DNA of 64,000 nucleotides from the NCBI GenBank assembly GCA_963783375.1, contig CAWANH010000028.1, positions 1,600,001 through 1,664,000 of the forward strand, in the 5' to 3' direction. Below, piece by piece: positions 58,600 through 64,000 of the stretch; position 1 is the first letter of the stretch, and every line of letters begins with the position of its first letter. The notes below the pieces were generated by a model. It made no database searches. It saw only the letters and a program-made list of their open reading frames with translations, and had not been told where the DNA came from. The position numbers were made by a program, and so were the translations under genes. The stretch comes from Candidatus Eiseniibacteriota bacterium. GTDB lineage: Bacteria > Eisenbacteria > RBG-16-71-46 > JABDJR01.

Positions 58600-61272
58600 A
58601 TGATCAGGTCCGCGTTATTCAGCCTCCGGAACCGGATCCTCGCGCTCGTTTTCTTCGTTCTCCTCCCCTCCCTCGCGCTGGTGATCTACACGACCTCCAA
58701 GGAACGGGGTCGGGAGATCGCCGAGTCCCGGCAGAACGTCTTCCATCTCGCCCGCTTGGCGTCCCTGGAAGAGCAACGACTCATCGAGGATACCCGGGAG
58801 CTCCTGGTGGTGATCTCGGGATACCGGGCGATCCGGGAGCACGATCCGGTCGAGGCGAGTCAGGATCTAGCCGCCCTTATCGCCGCCTTCCCCCGGTACA
58901 CGAACTTCGGGGTGGCGGACGCCGACGGCATGATGTGGGCGAGCGCCCTTCCCATGCCCCGCCCGGTGGACATCTCGGACCGCGACTACTTTCAACGCGC
59001 GGTGCTCAACAAGGGGCTGGGGATCGGCGGGTTTCAGATCGGACGGGTGACCGGGGTGCCGGGACTCAACCTCGGGTACCCGATCCTGAGCGACTCGGGA
59101 GACGTGGAAGCAGTGGTGTTCGCCGCCATGAGCCCGACCTCGATGAACCGCTTCGAGGTCGAGGTGGCGGCCTGGCTCCCCGACGGCTCGACGCTCACCC
59201 GGATGGACGATGAGGGCCGGGTGCTCAGCCGCTGGCCCGGTGGGGCGACGGATGCGGGGCGGCCGGCTCCGGAGTTCACCCTGCTCATGAACGCCCGGGC
59301 CCGGGGGGAGGACTATACCCGCGCCACCGACTCCCGCGGACGCAACTTCCTGAACGTGTTCGCCCGCGCGCCCACGAACCTGACCGCAGGGGACGTCTTC
59401 GTGGTCCTCAGCATCCCCGAACACGAGGTGTTCAGCGACGCCCGGCACCTGCTCCTGAGCGGTCTCCTCGGCCTGGGGCTCGTGGCGCTGGTGTCCCTGA
59501 CCGCGGGGTGGATCGGCACCAACCTGTTCGTTCTTCGCCCGGTTCGCTCCCTCCTGGGGGCGACGAAGCGGTTGGCCCGGGGCGATCTCTCCGCGCGGAC
59601 CGGCCGGGAGCACGGGCGCGGGGAGCTGGGCGAGCTGGCCTCGGCGTTCGACGGGATGGCCGAAACGCTTCAGGAGCGCCAGAACGAGCGGGATCGGGCC
59701 GAGGAAGCGCTTCGTCGCTCCGAGGCCGACTACCGGTCCCTGGTTCTGAACTCTCCCTACGGAATCATGCGGTCCACGCCGGAGGGCCGTATCCACCGGG
59801 CCAATCCGGCCCTGGTCAAGATGCTTGGATACGATACCGAGGAAGAGGTCCTGGGGTTGAACCTCCTCCGGGACATCAACGTCACTTCCTCCGGAGACAC
59901 CGCGATGCTCGGGAAATCCACCGAGGAGGACCCCCGGGATGTCTCGCTGTGCTTCCGGCGGAAAGACGGGAAGGAGATCCAGATCCGGGCCAGCGGCCGC
60001 TGGGTGCGGGACGAATCGGGGCGGGTCCACTACATCGAGAGCATCCTGGAGGACGTGACCGAGCGGAAATCCCTGGAGGCCCAGCTCGTCCAGGCCCAGA
60101 AGATGGAGGCGGTGGGGCGGCTGGCCGGCGGCGTCGCCCACGATTTCAACAACCTGCTTGGGGTGATGCTGGGGTACAGCGAGCTGCTCCTGGGGGAGAT
60201 GGACGCGGCCGATCCCCGGCGCCAGCGGGTGTCGGAGATCAAGCGGGCCAGCGACCGGGCGGCGTCGTTGACCCGCCAGCTCCTGGCCTTCAGTCGGCGG
60301 CAGGTTCTGACCCCCCGGGTGGTGGACCTGAACGCGGTGGTGGACAGCCTGGACAAGATGCTCCGCAGGCTGATCGGGGAGGACGTGAACCTGATCTCTC
60401 GGCTGGGGGCGGAGGTGGGACGGGTGCGGATCGATCCCAACCAGATCGACCAGGTGCTCATGAACCTGGTGGTGAACGCCCACGACGCGATGCCCGAAGG
60501 GGGGAAGATCATTCTCGAGACCGCCAACCTCGATCTCCGCACCTCGCAGGTCTACGAGAACATGATCATCCCCCCCGGTTCCTACGTCCGCCTGGCGGTG
60601 ACCGATACCGGGATGGGGATGGACGACGAGACGCGGGCCCACATCTTCGAGCCGTTTTTCACCACCAAGGAGGTGGGGAAGGGCACGGGGCTGGGGCTCT
60701 CCATGGTCTACGGCATTGTCCGGCAGAGCGGGGGGCACATCCTGAGCCGGAGCCGGCCGGGAAAGGGGACCACCTTCGAGATCTACCTGCCGCGCGTCGA
60801 CGAATCCGCGGAGGCGGGCGCCCAGGCGCGCTCCCCCCAGGATCTTCCCCGGGGGAGCGAGACCGTGCTCCTGGTCGAGGACGAGGACGCCCTACGGGAC
60901 CTGCTGCGCGAGTTCCTGGCCAGCGGGGGCTACACGGTCCTGGAAGCCTCGAACGGATCGGTGGCGGTCCAGATCGCCCGGAACTTCCCCCGCCCGATCC
61001 ATCTCCTGGTGACCGACTTGAGCATGCCGGGGATGCAGGGCCGCCAGGTGGCCCAGGAAATCATGGGCATCCGCCCCGAGGTGCGGGTGCTCTACATCTC
61101 CGGGTACACCGACGACGCGGTGCTCCGGGACGGCGCCCTGGACGAGGGCACGTCGTTCCTGGGGAAGCCGTTCACCCAGGAATCCCTGCTGCGCAAGGTG
61201 CGGGAGGAGCTGGATGGGGGGAGGGCGGGGGATGGCACGGGTTCCGTCCGGAAAGGCCCCGGGCGCGGGTAG
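58600..61272 (+). CDS. Hybrid sensor histidine kinase (dCache-HAMP-PAS-HisKA-HATPase-REC)
   Basis: ISDRDYF Cache motif, HAMP GELGELASAFDGM, AHDFNNLL, GTGLGL, REC TDLSMPGM; GGAGG RBS. Confidence 0.92.
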   Translation: MIRSALFSLRNRILALVFFVLLPSLALVIYTTSKERGREIAESRQNVFHLARLASLEEQRLIEDTRELLVVISGYRAIREHDPVEASQDLAALIAAFPRYTNFGVADADGMMWASALPMPRPVDISDRDYFQRAVLNKGLGIGGFQIGRVTGVPGLNLGYPILSDSGDVEAVVFAAMSPTSMNRFEVEVAAWLPDGSTLTRMDDEGRVLSRWPGGATDAGRPAPEFTLLMNARARGEDYTRATDSRGRNFLNVFARAPTNLTAGDVFVVLSIPEHEVFSDARHLLLSGLLGLGLVALVSLTAGWIGTNLFVLRPVRSLLGATKRLARGDLSARTGREHGRGELGELASAFDGMAETLQERQNERDRAEEALRRSEADYRSLVLNSPYGIMRSTPEGRIHRANPALVKMLGYDTEEEVLGLNLLRDINVTSSGDTAMLGKSTEEDPRDVSLCFRRKDGKEIQIRASGRWVRDESGRVHYIESILEDVTERKSLEAQLVQAQKMEAVGRLAGGVAHDFNNLLGVMLGYSELLLGEMDAADPRRQRVSEIKRASDRAASLTRQLLAFSRRQVLTPRVVDLNAVVDSLDKMLRRLIGEDVNLISRLGAEVGRVRIDPNQIDQVLMNLVVNAHDAMPEGGKIILETANLDLRTSQVYENMIIPPGSYVRLAVTDTGMGMDDETRAHIFEPFFTTKEVGKGTGLGLSMVYGIVRQSGGHILSRSRPGKGTTFEIYLPRVDESAEAGAQARSPQDLPRGSETVLLVEDEDALRDLLREFLASGGYTVLEASNGSVAVQIARNFPRPIHLLVTDLSMPGMQGRQVAQEIMGIRPEVRVLYISGYTDDAVLRDGALDEGTSFLGKPFTQESLLRKVREELDGGRAGDGTGSVRKGPGRG

Positions 61273-61366
61273 ATAGGGGACGCGGTCAAAGTGACTGGGA
61301 GGATGCGAGGTGTACCCGGGTACCTGGGGTTGGGACGCGGGCGCCGGGGGAAGGGCGCGGTAGGGG

Positions 61367-63754
61367 TCAGCCCGAGCGGGGCTTTTCGATCCCGAGTTTC
61401 TTGATCCGTCCGGTCAGGGTGGTGCGGCTCATGCGGAGGAGCCGGGCCGCGCCGGATGTGTTCCAATCGGAAGCCTCGAGGGCGTTGATGACCCGGGCCC
61501 GCTCGATCTCTTCCAGTTCCTCGGGGAGCGAACCCGATTCGGAGGAGCCGGAAAGACCGATGAAGTGCTCGGGTCGGAGGTCGGCTTCACTGGGAGCGAG
61601 GGCGGAGGCCCGTTCCATGGCCAGACGCAGTTCCCGGATGTTTCCGGGCCATGGCTGCCCCATGAGCCATTGTACGGTTTCGAAGCTCAGCTTCTGCTTC
61701 CGGCCATAGTTGTGATTGAGTCGCCCCAGGAAGAAGCGGGCAAGGGGAGCGATGTCGGACAACCGATCCCGCAATGGGGGCAGGTTGATTTCGAGGCCTC
61801 GAAGCCTGAAGTATAGGTCCTTTCTGAACTTGCCGTTCTGAACTCCCTTCTCCAGGTCTGCATTCGTGGCCGCGACGATCCGAACGTCGGCCTTCTCGTA
61901 GCGAGTGCCGCCGACCGGACGGAACTCGCCGGTCTCGATAACCCTGAGAAGTTTGGCCTGTGCGGATGACGTCATCTCCCCGATCTCATCCAGGAAGAGG
62001 GTCCCCTCATGGGCCTCCCTGAAGAGCCCGGGCTTGTCGAAAATCGCGCCGGTGAACGCCCCCCGGCGATGTCCGAAGAGTTCGCTCTCCATGATCTCGG
62101 CGGGGAGCGCCCCGCAGTTGATGGCCAGGAAGGGGCCGTCACTCCGGCCGCTCAAGGTATGGACGAGCCGGGCGAACAGCTCCTTGCCGGTGCCGCTCTG
62201 TCCTCGGATCAGCACGGGTACTCCGGAAGGAGAGATTTTGGAGATCCAGGACGACTGCTCTCTGAGCCGGGGTGACCGGGTTATGATGCCGTGCGCTTCC
62301 AGGTCGACCCGGGGGAGATCCTTGGAAATCGGGCTAAGAGGGAGATCCCCGCCGGCCGCCTCGCCGAGCGAATCATCGATCATGTCGGCCGGCGCATCGA
62401 CCGGATCATCGACTCCGAATCCTTCCTTCTCCCGCTTATTTCGCCAACGCTCGAGAAGCGGAAGGGCGCCGCAGCTCTCGGCGAGGAATTCCGTGCGAGC
62501 CCACCATTCGGATGCGTCCTTCGTCCTCCCGCTGCGACTCATCATGGTGGAAATCTCGTGGGAGGAAAGCAGGTACTCATAGCCGAATCCGAGCGTCCTT
62601 GCCTTTTCTGCATGCGCTAGGAGCCGCCCCGTCACATCATCCGTGTCCCCCTGATACCACGCGAGCAACGCGCCTATCCGGTCGAGAGCCAGAGTATCCT
62701 CGGGCTCACTGGCGGAAGAGGCGAAGGCGGTGGCAGCTTCAAGATGGAATTGAGCCTTGTCAAAATCACCGAAACCGATGTTGGCCTCGGCACTCCTGCG
62801 GTGGAGCTCGATTAGAAGATCCGAAGATCCTGACAACTCCTCGGCGCACTCGACGGCGGAGGCAAACGCGTCATTCGCGCCACCTTCATCGCCAAGCAAC
62901 ACCAGGGCGTCCGCGAGATATTCCAAAGCCAGGGCCCGTTCTCTCAGCAGCTGCAGTTCAATCGATTCGGCGAGCGCCTTCTTTGCATAAGACTCTGCTG
63001 CAATCCCATCCCCTTGCCGCAGGGAGACCATCGCGAGCCCAAGCGTTCCCCTGAGCGCGCGCTTTCGTGATCGGATCAGCTCGGACGCGCGAGTAGCGAA
63101 CTGATACGACTCCTTGGCGGTCAGGAACTCACCGCTTTCGATAGCCAATGCACCGAGGTTTATCGAGACCCCGGCAAGCATGGGGGCATCTTCCATCACG
63201 AGGCACAGGCCCCTGGCGCGTTCAAGTACTGCCCGGGCACTCCGTCTATCAGAGTCCAACCGCAGTGCAGCTGCAAGCGGCAGACTTGCTCGGACGACAT
63301 CGTGTGTGTTTGAGCCAGTGGATTGGTAGGTTGCCCGAGAGAGATCCAGGAGGCGTACCGCTCCCTGAGGATCACCCTCGGCCAGACGGCAGATTCCAAG
63401 GGCCAGCAAGCCCTCCGCTTCCATCTCCGGGCGAGCGGTCGAGGTGCCCGTCTTCTTGAGAAACTTCGCAATTCGAGCTGCACGCCCCACCCGGCCGGCA
63501 ATCAGATGGTGATTCCATGTACCGGAAAGCAATCGCATGTACTTACTTTGACTCTCCGTTGGCAACGATCTCCAGGTCCGAGCCGCTCGCTTTGAAGCAA
63601 GGCGTCTTCCCGAGTCCGCTTCCACTTCAAAAGCAATTCGCAAGAGTTCGGTCGCACGGGAAGGATCAAGATGATCCGTGCTCGGTGTCGAAGCTTCCGA
63701 GGTGCGGAGTGACGTCAGATGGTGGAGCAACTCACTTTCATTGTGTACAGGCAT
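61367..63754 (-). CDS. Sigma-54-dependent enhancer-binding protein with N-terminal TPR-like repeats and Fis-type HTH
   Basis: GQSGTGKE, ESELFGH, GAFTGA, LFLDEIGE, DLYFRL, WPGNIREL, AARLLRMSRTTL; N-terminal helical repeats (LALGICR, INLGAL, LEYLADA). Confidence 0.92.
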   Translation of the reverse strand: MPVHNESELLHHLTSLRTSEASTPSTDHLDPSRATELLRIAFEVEADSGRRLASKRAARTWRSLPTESQSKYMRLLSGTWNHHLIAGRVGRAARIAKFLKKTGTSTARPEMEAEGLLALGICRLAEGDPQGAVRLLDLSRATYQSTGSNTHDVVRASLPLAAALRLDSDRRSARAVLERARGLCLVMEDAPMLAGVSINLGALAIESGEFLTAKESYQFATRASELIRSRKRALRGTLGLAMVSLRQGDGIAAESYAKKALAESIELQLLRERALALEYLADALVLLGDEGGANDAFASAVECAEELSGSSDLLIELHRRSAEANIGFGDFDKAQFHLEAATAFASSASEPEDTLALDRIGALLAWYQGDTDDVTGRLLAHAEKARTLGFGYEYLLSSHEISTMMSRSGRTKDASEWWARTEFLAESCGALPLLERWRNKREKEGFGVDDPVDAPADMIDDSLGEAAGGDLPLSPISKDLPRVDLEAHGIITRSPRLREQSSWISKISPSGVPVLIRGQSGTGKELFARLVHTLSGRSDGPFLAINCGALPAEIMESELFGHRRGAFTGAIFDKPGLFREAHEGTLFLDEIGEMTSSAQAKLLRVIETGEFRPVGGTRYEKADVRIVAATNADLEKGVQNGKFRKDLYFRLRGLEINLPPLRDRLSDIAPLARFFLGRLNHNYGRKQKLSFETVQWLMGQPWPGNIRELRLAMERASALAPSEADLRPEHFIGLSGSSESGSLPEELEEIERARVINALEASDWNTSGAARLLRMSRTTLTGRIKKLGIEKPRSG

Positions 63755-63756
63755 TG

Positions 63757-63999
63757 TTACAACCACCTGAAGGTGATCAGCAGAAACATCTCGAGGCGGA
63801 GCGCCTGGCGACCCAGGGCGACGATGGGCCAATTGGCGTTGCCCAACATCGGAAAGTGAGTAGGGGAAGACCATTCCTCGGGTTTGCTGTCCCATCCCCC
63901 GGATGTTCCAGGCAGCTGCATGACCTGTGAGGAATTTGCCAGGGCGGCCATTGGGTTGACCGTTAGGGCAAGGAGGCTGAGCGAGAGGAGAAGAAGAAC
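63757..63999 (-). CDS. Small secreted peptide, 5'-truncated by the window edge
   Basis: Frame is open to the window end: VLLLLSLSLLALTVNPMAALA|NSSQVMQLPGTSGGWDSKPEEWSSP...FRWL*; TAA lies 2 nt before the bEBP ATG. Confidence 0.6.
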   Translation of the reverse strand, partial: VLLLLSLSLLALTVNPMAALANSSQVMQLPGTSGGWDSKPEEWSSPTHFPMLGNANWPIVALGRQALRLEMFLLITFRWL

Positions 64000-64000
64000 G

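Noticed and set aside
63755-63895. N-terminal extension of the bEBP ORF to 63895
   Set aside because: It overlaps the small peptide ORF; ATG 63754 immediately after the peptide stop is the more plausible start
1-64000. CRISPR arrays, tRNA/rRNA, transposases, integrases
   Set aside because: No regularly spaced repeats, cloverleaf motifs or recombinase signatures were recognised by eye

Overview
High-GC bacterial DNA with a diderm envelope (TonB-dependent receptor, lipoproteins). FCB-type markers (a T9SS/FlgD-like C-terminal domain, DUF2723, a BtuG-like lipoprotein) suggest an FCB-related candidate lineage such as Eisenbacteria, Krumholzibacteriota or Latescibacterota; this is inference. Most of the window (~3.9-44.6 kb) is a co-directional, tightly coupled glycosylation locus. 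It holds three GT-C-fold membrane glycosyltransferases (DUF2723/TMEM260-like, YfhO, ArnT/PMT-like), three polyprenyl-phosphate-sugar-synthase-like GT2s, HddA/HddC (GDP-heptose), Uxs, a PglF-like dehydratase, AsnB, GNATs, methyltransferases, a Wzx-like flippase, a GT2 fused to an apparently dead phosphoglycosyl transferase, and a PorZ-like propeller. Downstream are nth with a histone-like tail, FTCD, two hybrid histidine kinases and a cobalamin riboswitch-btuB-btuG-like unit. At the right edge is a lower-GC module in which a small secreted peptide gene is coupled to a TPR-domain sigma-54 activator, a candidate RRNPP-like peptide signalling system. At least six genes carry indels, often in homopolymers, which probably reflect long-read consensus errors. 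No rRNA, tRNA, CRISPR array or transposase was recognised.
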